IMG/VR virus record: IMGVR_UViG_3300028886_000031
Location: 1-64,000 of that record
DNA from: a virus
Taxonomy: Duplodnaviria; Heunggongvirae; Uroviricota; Caudoviricetes
DNA length: 64,000 nucleotides
Reading direction: 5' to 3' (one strand)
In this document: piece by piece, positions 9,769 through 19,382 of the stretch
Layout of the letters: the number at the start of each line of letters is the position of its first letter
Numbering within the stretch: position 1 is the stretch's first letter
Made by a program: the position numbers and the translations under genes
Notes under the pieces: generated by a model
Database searches by the model: none
What the model saw: the letters and a program-made list of their open reading frames with translations, nothing else
What the model was told of the DNA's origin: nothing

Positions 9769-10505
9769 GGGAATTTATGTATAATTTGAAGTCTGGAACT
9801 GATGTTGCAGCATAGTTCAGATGCCACCTTTAAACATTCATCCATACTATAATTAATCTCATCATAAGTAACTCCAAGAGGCATTAGATAGATATACGAG
9901 CCTGGAATAATGCCTCTCGTAACTACGTCATATAGAAATTTCTTGTATTCATTATCTTCTTTGGATATAACAATCTTCAAGATTGGTCTGATAGTACCAA
10001 ACCAGTTATATGCTTTTCTAGCATTATATAGGTTAATATCATAATCATCTTTGGTTATGAATTTCGGAGACCATGATATGTTAATTCCATCAATCTTATA
10101 TTCAAATTCATCATCTGTTGTGGATTTAATTAATTTCATAAGATTACAACCGTTCGTTTCAACATCAGCCCAGTTGTAATTTAAATATTTAAGCATCAGA
10201 ATTGTAGATTCGAAATTGGAGAATTCCCTTCCATCAGATTTTACATCTAAAGTTGGCTCTCCGCCAGTTATCATTAATCCATTCGATTTATCTAGGAATT
10301 TAGATATATCTTCCAAAGAGTATTCCTTCTCTGGAATAGTAGTCATCATCTTTTGGGTATCGCAAAACGGACATGCTTTATTACAATACTTAAAACGGGT
10401 AAGAGTCATTCTCTTTCCGCAATTTGGTCCTTCTCCTTGGTATGTCGTTACAACATCAACGAGACGGATGTGTTTTCTATCAAACAAGTCAATTTCTTTA
10501 GTCAT
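9765..10505 (-). CDS. queE: 7-carboxy-7-deazaguanine synthase (radical SAM)
   Basis: TYQGEG, RFKYCNKACPFCDT (CxxxCxxC), ITGGEP, VETNG, SPK, YLMP, SRLQ. Confidence 0.9.
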   Translation of the reverse strand: MTKEIDLFDRKHIRLVDVVTTYQGEGPNCGKRMTLTRFKYCNKACPFCDTQKMMTTIPEKEYSLEDISKFLDKSNGLMITGGEPTLDVKSDGREFSNFESTILMLKYLNYNWADVETNGCNLMKLIKSTTDDEFEYKIDGINISWSPKFITKDDYDINLYNARKAYNWFGTIRPILKIVISKEDNEYKKFLYDVVTRGIIPGSYIYLMPLGVTYDEINYSMDECLKVASELCCNISSRLQIIHKFP

Positions 10506-10609
10506 TTTTATTATCCTTTTTAATGAGTTTCAAAGGGTGAACATTAAAATCGTAATTTATTATACGGAATCACTATTAAATCAATACGGAGAGATTTTGC
10601 GGTCACGCA

Positions 10610-10740
10610 CAGCAATTGACAAACCCGACAACTATATTTTAATTATATGTCTAAAATTATATATCTATTTTTCAAGACGGATTGGATTGAGCACCAGCAA
10701 TTGACAAACCCGACAACTATATTTTAATTATATGTCTAAA
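10610..10740 (+). repeat. 46-bp exact direct repeat x2 (85-bp period)
   Basis: CAGCAATTGACAAACCCGACAACTATATTTTAATTATATGTCTAAA at 10610-10655 and 10695-10740; both copies followed closely by ATCTATTTT. Confidence 0.95.
10616..10728 (+). promoter_or_regulatory. tandem sigma70-like promoters within the repeats
   Basis: Each copy has TTGACA-N16-TTTAAT (10616-10643, 10701-10728), pointing toward the replication operon. Confidence 0.45.
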
Positions 10741-11192
10741 TATTTAAATCTATTTTGGTTAAAATGTATGTCTCGCAAGTTTTGGATTGTTCTCGATCTC
10801 GCGCCATTTTAAATTTCAATTTAAAATATAACTTACGTATTTAACTTACGTTATGGATAGACGTGCCTCAGAGTTTAAAAACTCCTTGCGTTCTCTACTC
10901 TGCGTATCTCCCTCCACTTGGGGCTCCGGGATCGCAGAATTCCGGAAAGATCGCTCTAATGCGAATGGTTTATTTTAAAAACAGAGGCGAAACTTCGCCC
11001 TGGAGCATTTGTCTACTTTGGTTCTGAAAAAGTAGAAACGGAGACTTGTCTGGGATGTTAATCCGTACTGATGAACCCCCCTTTGCATTTTGTTATCTAT
11101 TTGGACAATGAAAGTCTTTTTTAGAATAGATTTATAGAATATTCTGATTAATATATAATAAACAATCTTTATTAATGTAAAGGAGTTATAAA

Positions 11193-11516
11193 ATGGAAGA
11201 AACATTACCAGAAGTCCCACCAGTTGAAGCACCAGTAGCATACGATCCTGTTGAAGGAACGGAGCAGGTTATCATCCCTCAGGAAAATCCTTATTGGAAG
11301 TTCTTGGATGAGCTGGAAGCACAGTTTGGTAGCTTTATGAGTGATGCCCGTGCTGGTGCACTTAATAAGTCTGCAGCACTCCGTGCACGTAAGCTATCTG
11401 TTGTTCTTAGGAAGTCTCTCAAGGAGTACCGTGAGGTTTCTGTAGCACATGATAAGACTCATGGAAGAAAGAACAAGAAGGAAGCTCAGCTTTCTAAAGA
11501 AATTGATACCCTCTAA
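11193..11516 (+). CDS. histone H1-like Hc1-family DNA-binding protein
   Basis: NKSAALRARKLSVVLRKSLKEYREVS matches the Hc1 family NKAAGxRARKxSxxLxxxxKEFRxxS; strong SD AAGGAG. Confidence 0.75.
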   Translation: MEETLPEVPPVEAPVAYDPVEGTEQVIIPQENPYWKFLDELEAQFGSFMSDARAGALNKSAALRARKLSVVLRKSLKEYREVSVAHDKTHGRKNKKEAQLSKEIDTL

Positions 11517-11566
11517 GATGAATTAATTGTGGTTAAACATCCACAGTTCATTTAGAGGAGTTAAGA

Positions 11567-14500
11567 ATGCGTACAAAGAACGGTTTATGTTCAGAATGTC
11601 CATTGTTGAATGAGAAGCATATTAAAGATTTTCTTCTTGCTTCTGATAAGTCCAACGTTGGAAATCCTGACATCTTCATTGTTACACAATTAAAAAAGAA
11701 TGGTGAAAAACTTGTTCAATTTCTGAGTAAGAATTACAAGGACAAGAAATATTTCATCATTAATAATGTGTTGTGTGAAAATGAGGGTGATCGTTCTTGT
11801 ACGCGTTTTTGTTATCCAAATTTTAGTGCCCTTCAGGAAAAACTAAGTGCTAAAAATTGTTTTTCTTTTGATTTGGATATTGATTACAAGGGTCCTTTCA
11901 CAAATATTAAAAGTATAGACCAGTTTAAAATAGAATTGGATTCTAGATTTAAACAAACTGTAGAAAATAAAGTAGATTTATCTAAATATAGATTTTTTAA
12001 TATTCCAGAGCAGTTTTACACAAACAAATATAGACTTGTAGATGTGCAGTATATAATGTTTGAGGATAAGCTGATTTATATATTTAGAGATAGTGATAAC
12101 AAGAAAGTGTTCTTTGAATATCCATCTGGAAAAGATAGTTATTATTGGTATGATGCCATATCTACAAATAGAATTGTTGAAAAGATAGATAATCTTAAAC
12201 TTGTTACTGGTAAGTATAAAGAACGTAACAAGGAGAAGAGTGGATATGGCGGAGATATGAATATATGCACACAACATTGTGTGGATTATTACATCAAAAA
12301 CAAAGATGAAGCACGTTCGACAAGACAGAATATAATGTTTTTGGATATCGAAACTTATCAATATCATGATAATATTTTTCCGGATCCGGATGAGGCAAAA
12401 TATCCAATTGTAGCCATATCTTTCAGAACGGATAGACAGGATGATTTTACCCATGTTTACCTATTGGCATTAGATGGTGAAATAGATAAGAATGTTTATG
12501 AGTATGCTAAGAAGTATAAGCATGTAACAATTTTTAAGGATGAGATAACCATGTTAAGAGCATGGTTTATGAAACTTAAATCTGAAAGCATTGATATTTT
12601 AACTGCTTATAACAGCTATGGATTCGATTTTCCTTATATTATTAATCGTATTAAAAGACTTGGTATAAAGGAAAATGAAATTAATGGGTATGGAAATTTA
12701 TATGGTGATAGCGATAGAGGAAGTTCTATTCCTGGATATGTTTTGATTGACCAGTTAAAACTTTATAAAGAGTTTACGCATGGTATTCTTCCAAGTTATT
12801 CATTGAACAATGTAGCAAAACATGTATTAGGTGAAGTTAAGGTAGATCATAGTGGAAAATCCATTGATGATATGTATAGGGATGATATAGATTTGTATTT
12901 AAGGTACTCAACAACAGATACAGATCTTATTTATCAATTGGAAAAAGCACTTGGGCATATATCACTACAATGTGAGATTAGAAGAGTAGCATCTTGTTCA
13001 CATTCACAAGCTAATACAACACTTGGACAAGCAAATGGTATTTATGCCAAAGCAATGAAATTGCAGGGTTTAATTGGCAGAAATTATACACATGATGTAG
13101 CTAAAGAAAAGTTAGATGGTGCTTATGTGTTTGATGCCAGACCTGGAATTTATATCGGTCTGTTGTGTGACTTTGACTTTAAATCACTGTATCCTTCAAT
13201 TATTTGTACATGGAACATTGGTCCTGATACTTATATCGGAAAGATAAGTGAAGAGGATGCTTATAATTATATTTTCTTTAAGGATAAACTTAAGAAAAAG
13301 AAGATTACAATTACATTAGATCCATTGTATCAGAATAAGACAACAACTATTAATTTGGATCAACTTGAAGCATTCATAAAGAAGTATGATGCTCAGATAA
13401 CAATTATAGGAACGATATTCTGTGGTCATAGTATTAAAGAATCTATTAACTATAAGGTTCTTAACAATCTTATGGATTCTAGATCTATTTATAAGAAAAA
13501 GATGTTGGAAGCAAAGGAAGCTGGTGATAAGATTTTAACAACTGAATATAATGATAAGCAGTTGGCATTTAAAATTATTGCTAACGCCTTGTATGGTGCC
13601 CTTGGTCAGGAACACTTTAGATTCTATAATCCGATTCTTGGTGAAAGTATTACAGCTACTGGACAAGAAATGTTGAAGTATTCGGCAGTTCATACAGATT
13701 ATTATCTAGATGGAAGATTTGGACAGAATGGTGAAAGATTCTGCATAGATCCAAGATATGCTGAAAAGGTAACACAAACGAAGTATGTTGTATATGGAGA
13801 TACAGATTCAATCTTTGTATACCTCACAGATTATTTAAAGCGTAAAGGATTAAAATGTGAGAAATGTCCTGAGGTTCTTGATGAACTTAAGAGTGTTCAG
13901 AATTATATCAACAAAACAATTTTGCCAACAGTATTAAGTCATCATAGAATTAAACCTGAACGTTCTCAAATGTATTTTAAGAACGAATTTCTTATGAGCA
14001 GGTATTACGCGTTAAATGCCAAAAAGAAATATGCATCACATGTAATATCACAGGAAGGAAAGGCAATTGATGAGATCGATATTAAGGGTCTTGAGATTAA
14101 GAGATCTGAAATTCCTGTTTGTTCACAAAACATGTTGAAACAGATAATAGATGTTATTTTGGATGATAAAAATGACAAGAAAACAATTAAAAAGACTGTA
14201 GAGAAAATAGTAGAAGATAGTAGAAAAGAGATAATGGATAAAGCAATGAATGGAAGTATAGAAGTTGCTAAAGTTGTTTCTTATTCTAAAAAACCGGAAG
14301 AATACAAAGTCACTCCACAGCATCTTCTTGGTATGTGGACATGGAACGCATTAATGAACAAAGAAGAGTTTAAGTATGGTTCCAAGGGAAAACTCTTTAA
14401 TTTGATGGGGTTTGATATTTACAAGGCACCGAAAGAGATACAGGATAATTATTACAATGTCTATTGTAAGAAATTCCCTGATGTTCCGATAGAGGCAATT

Positions 14501-14641
14501 GTTGTTCCGGAATCTGTTCAAAAACTTCCAGATTATTTTATTATGGATCTTAAGCAAACAATTAAGTATTGTTGTGATGATAGAGTTAAACTCATAATGT
14601 CTGGACTTTATGTAGAAACTGATAACGATATATGGATCTAA
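11567..14641 (+). CDS. family B DNA polymerase with N-terminal UDG-like Cys domain
   Basis: ExoI FLDIET, ExoII YNSYGFDFPYI, ExoIII YSTTDT, polymerase motifs DFKSLYPSII, KIIANALYG, YGDTDS, KKKYA, KGLE. Confidence 0.97.
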   Translation: MRTKNGLCSECPLLNEKHIKDFLLASDKSNVGNPDIFIVTQLKKNGEKLVQFLSKNYKDKKYFIINNVLCENEGDRSCTRFCYPNFSALQEKLSAKNCFSFDLDIDYKGPFTNIKSIDQFKIELDSRFKQTVENKVDLSKYRFFNIPEQFYTNKYRLVDVQYIMFEDKLIYIFRDSDNKKVFFEYPSGKDSYYWYDAISTNRIVEKIDNLKLVTGKYKERNKEKSGYGGDMNICTQHCVDYYIKNKDEARSTRQNIMFLDIETYQYHDNIFPDPDEAKYPIVAISFRTDRQDDFTHVYLLALDGEIDKNVYEYAKKYKHVTIFKDEITMLRAWFMKLKSESIDILTAYNSYGFDFPYIINRIKRLGIKENEINGYGNLYGDSDRGSSIPGYVLIDQLKLYKEFTHGILPSYSLNNVAKHVLGEVKVDHSGKSIDDMYRDDIDLYLRYSTTDTDLIYQLEKALGHISLQCEIRRVASCSHSQANTTLGQANGIYAKAMKLQGLIGRNYTHDVAKEKLDGAYVFDARPGIYIGLLCDFDFKSLYPSIICTWNIGPDTYIGKISEEDAYNYIFFKDKLKKKKITITLDPLYQNKTTTINLDQLEAFIKKYDAQITIIGTIFCGHSIKESINYKVLNNLMDSRSIYKKKMLEAKEAGDKILTTEYNDKQLAFKIIANALYGALGQEHFRFYNPILGESITATGQEMLKYSAVHTDYYLDGRFGQNGERFCIDPRYAEKVTQTKYVVYGDTDSIFVYLTDYLKRKGLKCEKCPEVLDELKSVQNYINKTILPTVLSHHRIKPERSQMYFKNEFLMSRYYALNAKKKYASHVISQEGKAIDEIDIKGLEIKRSEIPVCSQNMLKQIIDVILDDKNDKKTIKKTVEKIVEDSRKEIMDKAMNGSIEVAKVVSYSKKPEEYKVTPQHLLGMWTWNALMNKEEFKYGSKGKLFNLMGFDIYKAPKEIQDNYYNVYCKKFPDVPIEAIVVPESVQKLPDYFIMDLKQTIKYCCDDRVKLIMSGLYVETDNDIWI

Positions 14642-14644
14642 ATT

Positions 14645-15319
14645 ATGGAAGAACTTAAAGACACAATCATTCTGAAATGTGATGTACAAAAAACATATTC
14701 AGAGATAAGCAAAAAAAGTAATGTGTGGGAACTTCTTTTATCTGTTGCCACTACATACAGTTACAAGGAAAATAGATATAGGTTTTGGACTGGAAAAGAT
14801 AAAGATAGACTTGTTGCTTATTTAAACAATAAGCATGTAGTTTGCTTTAACGGCATCCAGTTTGATTTACCTCTTCTTCTTGGACAGCATAATTGGGATC
14901 CTACATTTCTTGTAGTATGTCAAGATAAAGGACTTATATGTACAGTTACGGATCTGTTTATCCGTGCTATGATGATTATATATAAGGAGAATGTATATTC
15001 ACAGAATTTGTTTGATAAGATGTCTAAACATCCGTTAACAAATTTCGGTTGTTATTCTCTATTGAGTATCTGTGAATGTACATTTAACATTAAGTTGCAG
15101 AAAGATTATCTATCTAATACAAACTCCGTAGCGTTATTTAAAAACTCTAAAATGTTGGAACTTGTTCAAACAAACTTAGAAAAAACGAGATATATTAAAA
15201 AGTTATACGAATTTCTAACTAAGTTTAAATATTTAATAAACGGCGATTATGATATCTTGAAGATTGATAATATAAAAAGTCCTAAAGATGTATCTACAGA
15301 TGATTTCATGCCGTTTTAA
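14645..15319 (+). CDS. RNase H-like (RNase_H_2/DEDD) exonuclease homologue, probably inactive
   Basis: VVCFNGIQFDLPLL retained; motif I reads LKCDV and motif III TNLEKT. Confidence 0.65.
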   Translation: MEELKDTIILKCDVQKTYSEISKKSNVWELLLSVATTYSYKENRYRFWTGKDKDRLVAYLNNKHVVCFNGIQFDLPLLLGQHNWDPTFLVVCQDKGLICTVTDLFIRAMMIIYKENVYSQNLFDKMSKHPLTNFGCYSLLSICECTFNIKLQKDYLSNTNSVALFKNSKMLELVQTNLEKTRYIKKLYEFLTKFKYLINGDYDILKIDNIKSPKDVSTDDFMPF

Positions 15320-15367
15320 AGATTGTTAATCGAGATAATCATAATAAAGTGTGATTAAGGAGGTTTT

Positions 15368-16351
15368 ATGAACGATGATATTTTTGACCAGCTATGGATT
15401 GAGAAATATAGGCCAAAAACATTAAATGATGTTGTGTTGACAACTGAACAAAAAGTATTTTTTGATAAATGTATTTATAAGCAAGATATTCCTCATCTGT
15501 TGTTTTATGGTCCTCCTGGATCTGGTAAGACAACAACAGCTAGAATTTTTATTAAGAATCTTATCCATTCACAGATGGATATAATGATTGTAAATGGTTC
15601 TGATACAAATGGTGTGGATTTTATTAGAGATAATATCATAGAGTTTGCAAAGACTCCACCAATCTCTAGTAAGTTCAAAATTGTATTTATGGATGAGTTC
15701 GATTACGTAAGCAAGAACGCACAGGCAATTTTACGTAATGCTATGGAAACTTATGCCAGAACGGTTAGATTTATTTTTACATGTAATTATCTATACAAAG
15801 TAATTGATCCTTTGCAATCTAGATGTACATCTTTTGAAATGAAGAAGATGCCTGTAGAGTTTGTAAACAACTTTGCATGTAATATATTGGATAAAGAAAA
15901 CATCAAGTATGATAAAGGTGATGTTGAGATGATTGTAAAAGGCTTAATGCCTGATATAAGAAAAATCATTAATACATTACAAAAGAATTGTGTAGATTCT
16001 GTTCTTCGTAAGGTCAAGAAAGAGGATATGGTATCACTGGAGAACAAGATTACTGGTCTTGTTGTTGAGATGTGTGATGCCATGGGAAAACCGAATTTGT
16101 CTACTGTAGCAAATAAAGTTCTGCCAACTATTCTAGAAATACTTAAAACAGAGAAGAGTATAGAAATAAATAAACTCTATGATGCACTTTTTGAACATGA
16201 TGGATTACCTTCATGGGCAAAAATTAAAGTTAATGAATATGCCAACAATGATATGTCTTGTTTTAACCAGACGTATAATTTCATGGCTATGTGTTACGAT
16301 ATATTTAAAACTGGTATTCTGTTTATAAAAACTTTTAACGTTAACAAGTAA
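15368..16351 (+). CDS. clamp loader AAA+ subunit (RFC small / T4 gp44-like)
   Basis: LWIEKYRP, HLLFYGPPGSGKTT, MDEFD, SRC arginine finger. Confidence 0.95.
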   Translation: MNDDIFDQLWIEKYRPKTLNDVVLTTEQKVFFDKCIYKQDIPHLLFYGPPGSGKTTTARIFIKNLIHSQMDIMIVNGSDTNGVDFIRDNIIEFAKTPPISSKFKIVFMDEFDYVSKNAQAILRNAMETYARTVRFIFTCNYLYKVIDPLQSRCTSFEMKKMPVEFVNNFACNILDKENIKYDKGDVEMIVKGLMPDIRKIINTLQKNCVDSVLRKVKKEDMVSLENKITGLVVEMCDAMGKPNLSTVANKVLPTILEILKTEKSIEINKLYDALFEHDGLPSWAKIKVNEYANNDMSCFNQTYNFMAMCYDIFKTGILFIKTFNVNK

Positions 16352-16361
16352 GGATAATTAT

Positions 16362-17036
16362 ATGTCTAAAGTTTTATCAATATGCTCTGGCGGTCTTGAT
16401 TCCGTATCAATGACGCTTATTAACAAAGATGAAGATGTTACTTTGCTAAACTTTAACTATGGACAGAAAGCTCTCAAAGAAATGTCCGTAGTAGAGTATA
16501 TGGCAAAAAAATACAATTTTAAGATTATACAGGCTGATATTTCTGCATTGTCTTGGATTTTTGGTAAGGATAATCAACTTACAAATTCAGATGTTAATGT
16601 GGAGGGTGAGTATAAGACAAGTGTTGTTGTTCCTTTGAGAAATGGTGTTTTTCTCCAACTAGCACTAGCGTATGCTTATTCTGAGCAGTTTGATAAGATT
16701 ATTCTTGGAAGTCATATGGATGATTGTGCTCTTGTGAATGATGATTATGCTTTTCCAGATTGTACTCCAGGATTTTTCGATGCTATGGAACTTGCTGCGA
16801 GAAAAGGAACTTTAAAATCACAAAAGACGGTTCTTGTTCAGTCAGCATCCAAACTTCATATGCACAAGATAGATTTAATTAAGAAAGCGTATGAGATAGA
16901 TAAGGATGTTTTATTTAGAACATGGTCTTGCTATTCCAATGGCGAAAAACAATGCGGTAAGTGTGATTCGTGCATGAATAGACGTCGTGCATTTGAATCT
17001 GCCGGAATTAAAGATGAAACAGTTTACGAATCATGA
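16362..17036 (+). CDS. queC: 7-cyano-7-deazaguanine synthase
   Basis: SGGLDS PP-loop, NYGQ, VPLRN, FPDC, TWSCY...CGKCDSC zinc site. Confidence 0.95.
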   Translation: MSKVLSICSGGLDSVSMTLINKDEDVTLLNFNYGQKALKEMSVVEYMAKKYNFKIIQADISALSWIFGKDNQLTNSDVNVEGEYKTSVVVPLRNGVFLQLALAYAYSEQFDKIILGSHMDDCALVNDDYAFPDCTPGFFDAMELAARKGTLKSQKTVLVQSASKLHMHKIDLIKKAYEIDKDVLFRTWSCYSNGEKQCGKCDSCMNRRRAFESAGIKDETVYES

Positions 17037-17953
17037 ATTGGGATGAAATAGATCTTAATGGACATGCTTTTTGTATGTCCATTAACAAAAAACGCTACGA
17101 GTATTTGTGCAAGAATTTTAATGCCGTTGGACTTCAAAGTCCTAAGTTGTTTCGTGGTGTTAGATGGAATAAAGGATCCAATACAGGCTGTGTATTAGCA
17201 CATTTGGCAATAATAGCGATGTGTAGATGTCAGGATTTGGACTATTGCATTATCTATGAAGACGATGCCTATCCAAGACCTGATGTTATTCCAATGTGGG
17301 AGAAAATTAGAAAAACAGTTCCTTCCAACTGTGGATTGTTAAAGTTGGGAAATAGTTCGTACAGAGGTAATATTAGACATATAAATGAATATATAGATAT
17401 AATGATGACTGGTGCAGCATACGGTTCTCATGCTTATATTATTAAGAAAGAAATGTATAATTTCGTTCTAGATAATATGGTTAAGGAAAATGTTCCAGAA
17501 TCATATCTTAATTACGAAGTATTCAAGAAACATCCTTTTAAACCATATACTTTAAATTTTGATAGTGAGTTATTTATTCAAAAGAACATAAGTATGGATA
17601 ACATTATAGCAAGCAAAGGTGGACAGAGATATTGGTTCCCGAGTAAGGAAAAGAATTATGGATGTACATCAGCTAAACCATGTGAACATTTTGTAGATAA
17701 ATTAATTCCAGATGAAGATGAGTATGTAGAAAAACTTGCCATTATATATTGTAGAAGGTTTAAAAAACAGAAGAAAACTGGATGTGTTAAAAATAATGTT
17801 TTATATACAAAGGATGAAAGTGGTGATCTCACTCCGATTGGTAAAAATAAATACACAATTAAGTGGCATAATTCCGGTTTGAAAGAGTATGTAATATTGG
17901 ATAAAGAACTAAATGGTGTATCTCATTATTATGTTAAGGATAAACTATCATGA
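17033..17953 (+). CDS. glycosyltransferase family 25-like
   Basis: GCVLAH, IIYEDDA, GSHAYII; overlaps the queC stop (ATGA). Confidence 0.75.
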   Translation: MNWDEIDLNGHAFCMSINKKRYEYLCKNFNAVGLQSPKLFRGVRWNKGSNTGCVLAHLAIIAMCRCQDLDYCIIYEDDAYPRPDVIPMWEKIRKTVPSNCGLLKLGNSSYRGNIRHINEYIDIMMTGAAYGSHAYIIKKEMYNFVLDNMVKENVPESYLNYEVFKKHPFKPYTLNFDSELFIQKNISMDNIIASKGGQRYWFPSKEKNYGCTSAKPCEHFVDKLIPDEDEYVEKLAIIYCRRFKKQKKTGCVKNNVLYTKDESGDLTPIGKNKYTIKWHNSGLKEYVILDKELNGVSHYYVKDKLS

Positions 17954-18909
17954 TTGATATTGATGGAATTCGAGACATATTAAAAAAATGTGATATATAC
18001 GTTAAAGAAAATTCTAAGAATTTTATATGTAAATGTCCTTATTGTGGTGATCATAAAGATAAACACAAGCAGGGACATTGTTATGTATCAAAGGATGATA
18101 ACATTCCAGTATGTCATTGTTGGCTATGTAACAATAGCACAACAATAACAAAACTTTTATTCGATTTAACTGGTGATAATCATTCTAATTTGATTATCGT
18201 AGAAAATAATAAAAACTACGTTAGAAAAAATACAACTTTTAAAGAGTTTAAAGTTCCAGAACTAAATAGTATGGATTTTCCTCTAAAAAGTTTGTATATG
18301 AGAAGAAGAACGTTTGGTAAACTTCAGTTGAATGAGATACCAAATTTAGTATTTGATATAAGAGAGTTTTTTAGAATTAATGGTTTAAACATGTCTGATT
18401 ATGTTCATCCGTTCGAGGAACAGCATATTCAGGATAACATGGTTGGGTTTTTATCTAAGAGATCTACAATATTGTATTGTAGGGCAATTTCTGATAAAGT
18501 TCAAATTAAGTTCAAAAAAATTGCTTTGCAACAAGATTTAGATTCTGTTGGATTGGATTATTATTGTATAGATAATCAAATTGTTAATTCTAACATTCTT
18601 GTTTTAAGTGAAGGTAATTTTGATATTCTTGGTTGTTATAGTTTAGATACTTTAAATTTAAATGATAAATGTAGAGCATATTGTTCTGGATGTACGTTTT
18701 CGTACGAAGAACTTTTAAAATCTGCATGTTTAGATTTTGGAATATATAGAGCTGATGTATATGTATTAAGTGATTCTGATAAAAATAAATATCATTATAA
18801 AAAATTTTTAGATAATATAAAACCTTATGTAAACTCCATAAATATCTATTATAACAGTATGGGGAAGGATTTTGGAAATTTTCCACAATGTGCTGTTAAA
18901 TTATTTTAG
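17950..18909 (+). CDS. DNA primase (T4 gp61-like)
   Basis: Zn ribbon CPYCGD...CHCWLC; TOPRIM SEGNFD and DSD; KDFG. Confidence 0.85.
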   Translation: MIDIDGIRDILKKCDIYVKENSKNFICKCPYCGDHKDKHKQGHCYVSKDDNIPVCHCWLCNNSTTITKLLFDLTGDNHSNLIIVENNKNYVRKNTTFKEFKVPELNSMDFPLKSLYMRRRTFGKLQLNEIPNLVFDIREFFRINGLNMSDYVHPFEEQHIQDNMVGFLSKRSTILYCRAISDKVQIKFKKIALQQDLDSVGLDYYCIDNQIVNSNILVLSEGNFDILGCYSLDTLNLNDKCRAYCSGCTFSYEELLKSACLDFGIYRADVYVLSDSDKNKYHYKKFLDNIKPYVNSINIYYNSMGKDFGNFPQCAVKLF

Positions 18910-18934
18910 ATATAAAAAGATTTAATATATAGAT

Positions 18935-19351
18935 ATGTTAAAAAAGGTAAAATATAATAGTAAAATGGGTGATTTACATATGGATACTTTAATTAGCGAT
19001 ATTAAGAAACTTTTAAAGACATTGGCATCTAAAGATGAGGATATACAGTATTCCGATAAGAAACTAGAAAATGGAATACAGATGTCAAGAACTATTAAAT
19101 GCTATAAGAATACAAAGAATTATTCGATCTACATTACTAGGTTTAAAGGTTTTGATTTAGACAAAAGAAAATTTGTAAGAATTATAGTAGAGATTCCTTG
19201 TCAGAATAATTTAAGGTCTAAGAACATAGAAATTATATTAGATGCCTTAAAGAAATTGGAAGCGTATTTTATATATCTGGATTATGTAAAACTTTTTAAT
19301 AGTGACGGATTAATTTACTTGGATACATATAGAGAGAACAAATTTCACTAA
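18935..19351 (+). CDS. hypothetical protein
   Basis: 138-aa ORF within the operon. Confidence 0.55.
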   Translation: MLKKVKYNSKMGDLHMDTLISDIKKLLKTLASKDEDIQYSDKKLENGIQMSRTIKCYKNTKNYSIYITRFKGFDLDKRKFVRIIVEIPCQNNLRSKNIEIILDALKKLEAYFIYLDYVKLFNSDGLIYLDTYRENKFH

Positions 19352-19382
19352 ACAATCAGTTACAGTTTAAAAGGAGATTACA

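Noticed and set aside
10610-10740. CRISPR mini-array (46-bp repeats, 39-bp gap)
   Set aside because: Only two copies, no terminal palindrome or recognisable repeat ends, similarity continues past the repeat (ATCTATTTT) as in a tandem duplication, and no cas genes are present
11034-11082. Hammerhead ribozyme (GAAAC...GTC...CTGATGA)
   Set aside because: Core words are present in permuted order, but stem II cannot form (ACCCCC versus AAGTA) and stem III is weak
10216-11241. ORFs 10216..10704(+) and 10975..11241(-)
   Set aside because: Antisense to queE or Hc1, run through repeats and hairpins, no SD or recognisable motifs
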